Part shown: positions 1 to 7,127 of the stretch, in pieces
Layout of the letters: every line of letters starts with the position of its first letter
How positions within the stretch are numbered: the stretch's first letter is position 1
Assembly: GCA_036478295.1 (NCBI GenBank)
Contig: JAZGDW010000195.1
Location: forward strand, 1-39,845
Length of the DNA stretch: 39,845 nucleotides
Source: Candidatus Krumholzibacteriia bacterium
GTDB taxonomy: Bacteria > Krumholzibacteriota > Krumholzibacteriia > WVZY01
Reading direction: 5' to 3'
Position numbers and translations under genes: made by a program
Notes under the pieces: generated by a model
What the model was told of the DNA's origin: nothing
The model's database searches: none
What the model saw: the letters and a program-made list of their open reading frames with translations, nothing else

Positions 1-104
1 TGGCTACGGCCCCCATTCTGTTCGTGCTGGCGGTATTCCTGGCCACGCGGCTACTCCGCGGAGCGCCCACGTCGAGCGCATCGCAAACCCCACTCCACAA
101 ATAA
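1..104 (+). CDS. 3' end of a truncated CDS, probably a membrane protein
   Basis: Frame from base 3 reads ATAPILFVLAVFLATRLLRGAPTSSASQTPLHK then TAA at 102-104; one hydrophobic helix; convergent with ino1. Confidence 0.5.
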   Translation, partial: ATAPILFVLAVFLATRLLRGAPTSSASQTPLHK

Positions 105-139
105 TGACAGTATGCTGTCATAGTGACAGTATGCTGTCA
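105..139. repeat. Tandem duplication of the 16-bp near-palindrome TGACAGTATGCTGTCA
   Basis: Identical copies at 105-120 and 124-139 separated by TAG; each has arms TGACAG/CTGTCA. Confidence 0.9.
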
Positions 140-155
140 AGTTGGGTTAGGTGCC

Positions 156-1472
156 CTACTCGTAGTACTCGTTGCCGAGATGCGTGATGAGCTCTTCTCC
201 CATCAGGTGGCGTAGCTGGTTCTTGAGCTTCATGAGCTGAATGAACAGGTCGTGTTCCGGGTACAGGCCCGGTGCGGTGATGGGGCTCTTGAAGAAGAAC
301 GACATCCATTCCTGGATCCCCGAGAGCTGCGCCCGCTGGGCGAAATCCATGAACAGCGCGAGATCGAGACAGATCGGGGCGGCGAGGATGCTGTCCCGGC
401 AGAGAAAGTTGATCTTGATCTGCATGGGATAGCCCAGCCAGCCGAAGATGTCGATGTTATCCCACCCTTCCTTGTTATCCCCGCGCGGCGGATAGTAGTT
501 GATCCGTACCTTGTGGTAGAAGTTGCCGTAGAGCTCGGGATAGAGCTTGGGCTGCAGCACGGTGTCTAGCACGGAGAGCTTGCTGACCTCCTTGGTCTTG
601 AACGACTCGGGATCGTCCAGCACCTCGCCGTCCCGGTTGCCGAGAATGTTGGTGGAAAACCAGCCGTTTAGACCGAGCATGCGGGCTTTGAGCCCCGGTG
701 CGATAATCGTCTTCATGAGGGTCTGGCCGGTCTTGAAGTCCTTACCACAGATCGGCGCCCGCATCTCTCGTGCGAGTTCGTCGAGTGCGGGGATGTCGGT
801 GGTGAGATTGGGCGCGCCGTTCGCGTAGGGAATACCCATCGAGAGGGCAGCATAGGCGTACACCATGCTCGGCGGGATGGCCGGGTCGTTGTTGCGGAGT
901 CCTTCCTCGAAGGCCTTTATGCTCTGGTGCACGGGTTGCGGCTCGATGTAGACCTCGGTGCTGCCGCACCAGATCATGACGAGGCGGTCGACGCCCTTCT
1001 CGGTCTTGAAACGCTCGATGTCCTTCTTCAGCGCCTCCGCTTTGTCCCACCAAGTGCCTTCCTTCTTTACGTTGGGGCCGTCGAGCTTTTTTACGTAGCG
1101 GCGATCGAACACGGCGCTCATGGGGTGGATGCCCTCGAGGTAGCCCTTGACGGAATCGAGCAGTTCCTTCTCCAGGACCCCCGCCTTGCGTGCGGCCTCG
1201 TAGCAGTTGTCTTCGTAGATATCCCAGCCGCCGAACTCGATGTCCTTGAGGTCTGCCAGCGGCAAAAAGTCTTTGATCATGGGCGAACGCTCGTCGGTGC
1301 GCTTTCCCAGACGGATGGTGCCCATCTGGGTCAACGAACCGATGGGGCGGCCGATGCCGCGGCGCACGGCCTCCACACCGGCGATAAACGTGGTGGCGAC
1401 CGCTCCCATACCGGGGAGCAGGACGCCGAGCTTGCCTGCGGGTTGCTTGATATCGTTAACGGGGTTTGCCAT
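156..1472 (-). CDS. ino1: myo-inositol-1-phosphate (inositol-3-phosphate) synthase
   Basis: GMGAVATT NAD-binding loop, FGGWD, WCGSTE, ANGAP, GKDFKTGQT, STNILGNRDG, YYPPRGDNKEGWD, CRDSILAAP motifs; SD AAGGAG upstream. Confidence 0.96.
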   Translation of the reverse strand: MANPVNDIKQPAGKLGVLLPGMGAVATTFIAGVEAVRRGIGRPIGSLTQMGTIRLGKRTDERSPMIKDFLPLADLKDIEFGGWDIYEDNCYEAARKAGVLEKELLDSVKGYLEGIHPMSAVFDRRYVKKLDGPNVKKEGTWWDKAEALKKDIERFKTEKGVDRLVMIWCGSTEVYIEPQPVHQSIKAFEEGLRNNDPAIPPSMVYAYAALSMGIPYANGAPNLTTDIPALDELAREMRAPICGKDFKTGQTLMKTIIAPGLKARMLGLNGWFSTNILGNRDGEVLDDPESFKTKEVSKLSVLDTVLQPKLYPELYGNFYHKVRINYYPPRGDNKEGWDNIDIFGWLGYPMQIKINFLCRDSILAAPICLDLALFMDFAQRAQLSGIQEWMSFFFKSPITAPGLYPEHDLFIQLMKLKNQLRHLMGEELITHLGNEYYE

Positions 1473-1527
1473 TTTCTTGCTCCTTACCTGAGAGAAATTT
1501 GCTCCGTCGTATGCAAAATCTGAGGGC

Positions 1528-1556
1528 TTGACGTAACATACCGCATTCGCTACTAT
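1528..1556 (+). promoter_or_regulatory. sigma70-type promoter for lysR-suhB
   Basis: TTGACG-17 nt-TACTAT. Confidence 0.6.
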
Positions 1557-1563
1557 TACTGAA

Positions 1564-1600
1564 ATTTATAATACTTATCTGTAAAATAAGTTATCCTAAT
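1564..1600. promoter_or_regulatory. Two putative LysR T-N11-A boxes
   Basis: ATTTATAATACTTAT (1564-1578) and ATAAGTTATCCTAAT (1586-1600), 22 bp apart, in the AT-rich spacer between divergent ino1 and lysR. Confidence 0.55.
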
Positions 1601-1609
1601 GGACAAACC

Positions 1610-2530
1610 ATGGAGATCCGGCAACTCCGATACTTCCTTTCCACGGTACGGCTGGGCAGCCTGAAGGCGGCGGCCCGCGAGCACTTCGTGACCCAGCCGG
1701 CGGTGAGTATCCAGCTGAAGAAGCTCGAGGCGGAGCTGGGCGAGAAGCTCTACACCCGCCGCGGGCGCCGCGTCGTCGCCACCCAGGCGGGTGACATGGT
1801 CGCCACGCAGGGAGAGGCGATCCTGGGGCGTGTGGATTCGCTGAAGGATTCGATCACACAGTTGACACACGGCCACGCCGGCTACCTCCGGATCGGGAAC
1901 ATCGACGCGGCAAGTATCTACGTCCTGCCCGGCGTGTTTCACGCGTTCCGGCGCAGGTATCCCGGCGTGGATGTGCAGGTGACGGTGGCCGACTCGGATA
2001 CGCTGGTGGCCGCGCTCGAGTCGGGGGCCATCGAGCTGGCCATTGTCACGCTGCCGCTGGGCGGAGAGGGTCTCGAGGTGGTGCCGTTCTACAGGGACCG
2101 CATGCTGCTGGTGGCGAGCCCCCGCCACGAACTGGCCACGAGCCGGCTCGCGCGCCGGCGCCCGCTGCAGGCCGCCTCCGAGGCGGGGCTCATCACCTAT
2201 CCTGCACAGTCCGTGACCCGGCGGCTGCTCGAGAAGGTCTTCATCGATAACGGACTCACCCTCCGCGCTGCCATGGAGATGTCGAGCCCGGAAGCGATCA
2301 AGCGGCTGACCGAAGCGGGAATCGGCGCGAGCATTCTGCCGCGCAAGGTGGTGGTGGACGAGTTGAAGCGCGGCACGCTCAAGAGCATCGCCACCGGCGG
2401 CATCCGTTTCGAGCGCATGCTCGGCGTGGTGCACCGGGGCGTCGAAAAACTTTCCCAACCGGCGTCTATATTTCTTACCATGCTAATGAAGAAACACAAG
2501 ATCAGGACAAATCGAAAGGCGGGGACATGA
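1610..2530 (+). CDS. LysR-family transcriptional regulator
   Basis: N-terminal HTH MEIRQLRYF...AAREHFVTQPAVSIQLKKLEAELGEKL; LysR substrate-binding domain; 306 aa. Confidence 0.95.
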   Translation: MEIRQLRYFLSTVRLGSLKAAAREHFVTQPAVSIQLKKLEAELGEKLYTRRGRRVVATQAGDMVATQGEAILGRVDSLKDSITQLTHGHAGYLRIGNIDAASIYVLPGVFHAFRRRYPGVDVQVTVADSDTLVAALESGAIELAIVTLPLGGEGLEVVPFYRDRMLLVASPRHELATSRLARRRPLQAASEAGLITYPAQSVTRRLLEKVFIDNGLTLRAAMEMSSPEAIKRLTEAGIGASILPRKVVVDELKRGTLKSIATGGIRFERMLGVVHRGVEKLSQPASIFLTMLMKKHKIRTNRKAGT

Positions 2531-3357
2531 AGTACCAAACCGAACTGAAAACGGCGCAAGAGGCGGTTCGCCGCGCGGGCGAGATCATCCGCAAATCCTA
2601 CGCGGCGCTGCGTTCGGACGACGTGTCCGAAAAAAGGGCCAACGACATGGTGACCGTGGTGGATATTGAGTCGCAGCGGAGTACGGTGACCCTGCTACGC
2701 GAGCGGTTCAGGACAGATTTTATTGTTGCGGAAGAAAGTTTCGAAGCGAGCGTCAACCAGGGCATCGCTTCGGATGCCCCGCGCCGTTGGTACATCGATC
2801 CCCTGGACGGAACCACCAACTACATACACGCCTACCCGATGTTCGCAGCGAGTATCGCGCTGCAAGAAGACGGGGAAATGGTGATGGGGGTCACCTACGA
2901 TCCGATGCGTGACGAACTCTTTCACGCGGTGCGGGGCGAAGGCGCGTACATGAACGACGCGCGGATCCGGGTCAGCACGATTTCGAGCAAGGTCCGGACG
3001 CTGCTGGCCACGGGTTTCCCGTTTCGCGCGAGGGAATATCTCGACGAGTACCTGAAGACGTTTCGTTTTTTCTTCAATAACTCGCGTGGCATCCGGCGGG
3101 GGGGCTCGGCCACGCTCGACCTGGCGTACGTGGCCATCGGCCGCGTGGACGCGTTCTGGGAAATGACGCTGAGCCCGTGGGATATGGCCGCCGGCGTGAT
3201 TCTGATCGAGGAGGCCGGCGGCACAGTGACGGATTTCTTCGGTGAGAAGAACTCGCTCGCGAACGGCCACATCGTCGCGACCAATGGCGCGTTCCACGAC
3301 TGGATGTGCGAGCACATCCAGTCAGTGTTTCCCAAAGGGACCGATTTGAGCCTATGA
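2527..3357 (+). CDS. suhB: Inositol monophosphatase (SuhB/ImpA family)
   Basis: WYIDPLDGTTNYIH, RRGGSATLDLAYVAIGR, PWDMAAG motifs; ATGA overlap with lysR stop. Confidence 0.93.
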   Translation: MKYQTELKTAQEAVRRAGEIIRKSYAALRSDDVSEKRANDMVTVVDIESQRSTVTLLRERFRTDFIVAEESFEASVNQGIASDAPRRWYIDPLDGTTNYIHAYPMFAASIALQEDGEMVMGVTYDPMRDELFHAVRGEGAYMNDARIRVSTISSKVRTLLATGFPFRAREYLDEYLKTFRFFFNNSRGIRRGGSATLDLAYVAIGRVDAFWEMTLSPWDMAAGVILIEEAGGTVTDFFGEKNSLANGHIVATNGAFHDWMCEHIQSVFPKGTDLSL

Positions 3358-3392
3358 CAAAAACCCCCGCGGGCTTGCGGTCCGCGGGGGTT
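3358..3392 (-). terminator. Intrinsic terminator between convergent genes
   Basis: Minus strand AACCCCCGCGGAC-CGCAA-GCCCGCGGGGGTTTTTG: GC-rich stem followed by a T run. Confidence 0.8.
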
Positions 3393-3415
3393 CGGGAGGC
3401 CACGGCGTTGCGTGA

Positions 3416-4480
3416 CTAGGAATCGCAGTTCATCGCCCACCGGCCGCGGAAGAATCCGCCGTTGCAGTGGTCGCTCCGCTGCCAGTGTCCCTTCAAACCA
3501 CCCTTGGCGCGGAGGTTTCGGCCCACCCAGCGGCCGGCGAACCATCCGCCGTTAGGAATGGCCGGGTCAGGAGCCCAGCGGCCCTTCATAATCCCTTCGA
3601 AGCGGCCATTGGCGCTGATCATCTTGCCGAAGAAGACCCTTTCGCCGGCGTCGTTCTCGCCGTAGATACCTTTCAAAATACCGTGGATCCTGCCGTCGAC
3701 GGAGGCCCACCTACCGTGGAACACACCACCGGAGCGCTCGGGATGGTTGAACCAGCCACCGTGCAGGAAGCCGTGCGGGCACCCGGCCTGCGGTATCCTG
3801 ACCGCGTTGAACGCGACAGCGTTGCCGTCGGGCAGTGTGATGACCCGGTGCAAACCGGGGAGCTGGTCGAGTGTGAACTCGACCTTGACCGGATCGGTCA
3901 TGAAACGGATGTACGTGGCCGAAGAGTCGATAGTCGAATCCGCCGCGGTCAGCGACGGCCGCGGAATTACCCGCACCAGGATGCCATCAAAGCCACCCCG
4001 CGTAACAGACTTCCACTCGAGTAGATCGCGCTCGGTCCTGGGCAGAATCTCGTCGTTCGGCTCGAAACGGATGATACGCTTGAGCAGGAGGATTCCCGGG
4101 TCCACGCTCAGCGAGCCCGACCAGTCGGTCACATGCGTGAGGGCGGAATCACGTTCGAGGTTGCCCCACGTAATCATAAGAAAGATGCGGTCGCACCCGG
4201 CGCGGTCGGTGACGGCCACGTCGGAGTCGCTCGCGAACGGGTCGTCAAAATCCTGAACCGACTCGTCGCCGTATTCGGCCGCGAGCGCGGGATCGCCGAA
4301 GCCCGGCAGCTCGTCCTTCATGTTGTAGCCGCCGTACGGATCGTTCAGATTGGGACTCTCTTCCCGTGTCATCAAGTCCGCGTTCTCGGTGGCGGGGCTC
4401 TCGGGGGAACGGCAGCCGGCAACCCAAGTCATCGCGACGATGACGAATATCATGAGAAAGAATACCGGTAAGCGTTTCAT
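3416..4480 (-). CDS. Hypothetical lipoprotein with C-terminal G-x-F-x-G-x-W repeats
   Basis: Signal peptide with lipobox-like VAG|C; SD AAAGGAG; eight Gly/aromatic beta-strand-like repeats at the C-terminus. Confidence 0.8.
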   Translation of the reverse strand: MKRLPVFFLMIFVIVAMTWVAGCRSPESPATENADLMTREESPNLNDPYGGYNMKDELPGFGDPALAAEYGDESVQDFDDPFASDSDVAVTDRAGCDRIFLMITWGNLERDSALTHVTDWSGSLSVDPGILLLKRIIRFEPNDEILPRTERDLLEWKSVTRGGFDGILVRVIPRPSLTAADSTIDSSATYIRFMTDPVKVEFTLDQLPGLHRVITLPDGNAVAFNAVRIPQAGCPHGFLHGGWFNHPERSGGVFHGRWASVDGRIHGILKGIYGENDAGERVFFGKMISANGRFEGIMKGRWAPDPAIPNGGWFAGRWVGRNLRAKGGLKGHWQRSDHCNGGFFRGRWAMNCDS

Positions 4481-4540
4481 GGGTGACTCCTTTCAAAGCC
4501 GCTCTCGGTGCGCTGGGACAATTTCTAACGTGATGCGGTT

Positions 4541-4556
4541 TGCAACCTCGATGCCT
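4541..4556 (-). promoter_or_regulatory. sigma54 (-24/-12) promoter for the lipoprotein gene
   Basis: Minus strand AGGCATCGAGGTTGCA (GG-N10-GC), about 60 bp upstream of the ATG. Confidence 0.65.
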
Positions 4557-4583
4557 TTCCCTTTTCTTTTGCCCAGAATTATT

Positions 4584-4610
4584 GTAATCTGCTTAAACAC
4601 AAATGATTAC
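4584..4610. promoter_or_regulatory. Possible IHF-like AT-rich site upstream of the sigma54 promoter
   Basis: GTAATC...ACACAAATGATTAC contains CAAnnnnTTR and inverted GTAATC/GATTAC arms. Confidence 0.4.
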
Positions 4611-4646
4611 GACTACCCACCCGGGCGGTGACGGTCCCGGGCAGCG

Positions 4647-4751
4647 CCCGCCGGTGTCCCTCAACGTACAGTCAAGGGGCTGCGGTGACCCACGAGGGTC
4701 ACCGTGTCCGACCGGGGCGGCCGAATCGCTAAGCAGCCAGAACACCGCGGG
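4647..4751 (-). other. Multi-stem structured element (candidate ncRNA or REP/MITE-like element)
   Basis: Five helices can be drawn on the minus strand, including the perfect hairpin CGGTGACCC-N4-GGGTCACCG at 4683-4704. Confidence 0.45.
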
Positions 4752-4779
4752 CCGGCGCGCACACGAAAGAGGCGTTTCG

Positions 4780-6573
4780 TTGCATCCGAAACCGAAAGGC
4801 CCTGCCGCATCACCAGACCGCGTCGCTGCGGTGCTGGTCACAGCGTTCGTGTGCCTGCTCGCCGTGTTTCCCATACGCAACAACGACATCTGGTGGCACC
4901 TGGCCGTGGGCAGGGAGCTCGTTCAGAGCGGTCGGTTCATCGTCACAGACCCGTTCACCTTCACGCTCGCCGGCACCCCGTGGGTGCCCCACGCGTGGCT
5001 GTCGGGTCTCTTGTTCTACGCGATCCACGCGTGGTCGGCCGAGCTGGGACTGCTGGCGCTGCGCGCCGCGATCGTGGTGACCATCTTCGTGCTGTTGTTA
5101 CGGCTCGTGCGTCGCCTCGGCGTATCGCTCGTCCTGGCAGCGCCCGTGGTCCTGGTAGCCGCCTTGAACGTGCAGGCCCGTTTTATCCTCCGCCCCCATC
5201 TCTTCGAGTACCTGCTGATCCTGCTGATGCTCGGGGCTCTGCTGTCCGCCGGCGAACGCCGGGGTGCGCGTTTCTTCCTCGTGCCGGTCGTGCTCCAACT
5301 GTTGTGGGTGAACCTGCACCCGAGTTTCTACCTGGGTGTCGGTATGGCGGTGTTGTTCTTTGCAGGGGAATGGCTCTCGTCGCGCCTGTCGGCGAAGCTG
5401 CCGGTGCGCGGATTTCTGGCGGGGGCCGCCATCGATTGGAGACGGGTGGGGCTTCTCATCGTACTCCTCGCTGCGGCGTCCTTCGTCAACCCGAGCCCGG
5501 TGGAGTTTGTCACTCAACCGCTGAACGCGGAGCACCGGCAGCTACTGACCGCGTATACGCTGGAGTGGCTTTCGCCCTTCGATGCGGCGATGACGCGGGC
5601 TGCCTTTCATCCCTACTACGAGCTATTGCTGGCCTTCGCGGCGGCGGCATTCCTCTTGTCTTGGCGGCGCCTGCGGCTCTCGTCGCTGCTCATCGTGGGT
5701 CTGTTTGCCGGCCTCTCGCTCACCGCACACCGCTTTCGCGTGGAGTTCGCCCTGGTGGCGGTACCGCTGGCCCTGGACCAGCTCCGCATCTCACCGCTTA
5801 CCGAGCGAATCCGCAAACGCCTCGCGCGCAAGGGGCGGATGAGGTTCGCGCCGCATGTGGCGTGCGTGCTGGCAGCGCTGGCACTGATGGTAACGGCCCG
5901 CGACCGTGTCATCATAGAGGGCGCGGTGAGCGGGCGCTTTCCGCAGGCGGCCTTCGACTTCGTTCGTGACAACGATATTGCCCGGCGCCCGTTTCACGGA
6001 ATCGCCCACGGATCGTACCTCGTGTGGGAACTCTATCCCGAGCGCAAGGCGTTCATCGACGGCCGCAATATCGACGCGGCGCTCTACCGGGAATTCCTGG
6101 CCTGCCAGACGACAACGGCGGCGTTCAATACGACCATCAACAAGTACGACCTGGACGGTTTCATCCTGCCGTCTCCCGAGTTGAGCGACGGGGGCATGCG
6201 CCGGACCCACGACTTTCTCATTCAATCGAAGGGATGGTCGCTCGTCTACATGGACCGCAACGCATACGTCTATGTGAAACGAAACAAGGTCCCGCAAGAG
6301 TGGCTCGAGCGGCACCGCTACGGCCTCTACCATCCCGTAACCTTTGCACGCCTGCGTTTTGCCGCCGAGCACATCGACGCGCTGCGCGGCGAAATCGAGC
6401 GGGCGTCGGCAACCGACCCGCGTTACGCGAGGCCGCTCCTGGACCTGGCGAGCTTACACGCCTCACTCGGTGAGCGGGACCGGGCGCTCGACGCGATCGA
6501 GCGGGTGCTGGCTATCGATGCAGCAAACGCGGAAGCCCGAGCAATGAAGCGTACGATCGCCAGCCGCAGCTAG
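4780..6573 (+). CDS. Polytopic membrane protein (GT-C glycosyltransferase-like) with C-terminal TPR
   Basis: DIWWHLAVG...DPFTF...W..HAWL after TM1, RPHLF, LWVNLH, EWLSP, FIDGR motifs; about 11-12 TM helices; TPR-like tail. Start moved from 4603 to TTG 4780 (GAGG upstream). Confidence 0.7.
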   Translation: MHPKPKGPAASPDRVAAVLVTAFVCLLAVFPIRNNDIWWHLAVGRELVQSGRFIVTDPFTFTLAGTPWVPHAWLSGLLFYAIHAWSAELGLLALRAAIVVTIFVLLLRLVRRLGVSLVLAAPVVLVAALNVQARFILRPHLFEYLLILLMLGALLSAGERRGARFFLVPVVLQLLWVNLHPSFYLGVGMAVLFFAGEWLSSRLSAKLPVRGFLAGAAIDWRRVGLLIVLLAAASFVNPSPVEFVTQPLNAEHRQLLTAYTLEWLSPFDAAMTRAAFHPYYELLLAFAAAAFLLSWRRLRLSSLLIVGLFAGLSLTAHRFRVEFALVAVPLALDQLRISPLTERIRKRLARKGRMRFAPHVACVLAALALMVTARDRVIIEGAVSGRFPQAAFDFVRDNDIARRPFHGIAHGSYLVWELYPERKAFIDGRNIDAALYREFLACQTTTAAFNTTINKYDLDGFILPSPELSDGGMRRTHDFLIQSKGWSLVYMDRNAYVYVKRNKVPQEWLERHRYGLYHPVTFARLRFAAEHIDALRGEIERASATDPRYARPLLDLASLHASLGERDRALDAIERVLAIDAANAEARAMKRTIASRS

Positions 6574-6729
6574 CGTCGCAAGAGCTCTCGCGCGGGTGGC
6601 GCCGACGGGGCCCCCGCACCGCGCTCAGCGGTAGCGAGCACGGGCGGGGTAATCGGTGACAGGACCCGCGTGGCTTAGTGAAAGGAACGGCTGAAGAGCG
6701 GTAGGGGCACTGGCGCGAGGGGTGGGTTT

Positions 6730-6778
6730 GAAAAGACAAGAAGCAGCACATCACTCGACTTGCGCCTCGATGTGCTGC
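6730..6778 (-). terminator. Intrinsic terminator-like hairpin
   Basis: Perfect 10-bp stem GCAGCACATC/GATGTGCTGC (6743-6778) followed on the minus strand by TTCTTGTCTTTTC. Confidence 0.65.
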
Positions 6779-6980
6779 CCTCATCCGGTGGGGACTCCAA
6801 CTTGTTTCAGGTCCTAATCGCGTTTCCCCTTCCTGTGGTCTCGCGATATGGTGATCAATTCGTGTGCGATGTTGAAATATGAAAGAGCCGGTGCCGCCCC
6901 GTCCCAAATAAGTCCCCCCTCTGCGAGGGACTCCCGAAAGCGGTTGCCGCATGTCCACCCAGCAGCGCCGGCTCCCTTCA
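6730..6980 (-). ncRNA. Candidate LysR-regulated small RNA (about 105 nt or about 250 nt)
   Basis: Promoter immediately upstream, long closing stem 6877-6983 with two inner hairpins, terminal hairpin plus U-rich tract, no credible ORF. Confidence 0.55.
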
Positions 6981-6985
6981 TATGT

Positions 6986-7014
6986 ACCATAGCCTTTAGT
7001 TTGGTATAAGTAAA
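6986..7014 (-). promoter_or_regulatory. sigma70-type promoter facing the gene-free region
   Basis: Minus strand TTTACT-17 nt-TATGGT; predicted start near 6979, at the foot of the long stem. Confidence 0.55.
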
Positions 7015-7035
7015 ATACAAAAAATAAAATTGAAG

Positions 7036-7052
7036 TATATAGTTTCTATATA
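7036..7052. promoter_or_regulatory. LysR-type recognition palindrome
   Basis: TATATAG-TTT-CTATATA, a perfect inverted repeat containing T-N11-A, upstream of the lysR gene. Confidence 0.7.
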
Positions 7053-7127
7053 GTATATTCTTCGTGGCGCTCAGTGTATTGTACGCGCGGCCGGCCGGCC
7101 AGTTTCCAACAAAGGGGCTTAAAGACC

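Noticed and set aside
105..139. CRISPR array
   Set aside because: Only two 16-bp units with a 3-nt spacer and no cas genes
4657..4740. Integron attC site (CCTCAAC...GTCAAGGGGC resembles an R''/L'' start)
   Set aside because: No matching L'/R' (GTTRRRY) end, no cassette array and no integrase
4647..4751. SRP or 6S RNA
   Set aside because: AAGCAGCCA is present but the SRP CAGG...GGAA..AGCAG core is not; too short and branched for the 6S rod
4603..4779. N-terminal extensions given by the ORF track (also at 7074, 14813, 20619, 21777, 22469, 24355, 28684, 34184)
   Set aside because: They overlap promoters, structured elements or upstream genes; downstream starts fit SD sites, stop/start overlaps or domain boundaries better
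6512..7020. ORFs 6512..6958 (148 aa) and 6814..7020 (68 aa) as the LysR target
   Set aside because: No recognisable motifs or host-like composition; one starts upstream of the predicted promoter, the other starts inside the stem, crosses the terminator and overlaps the convergent gene. A tiny peptide cannot be fully excluded.
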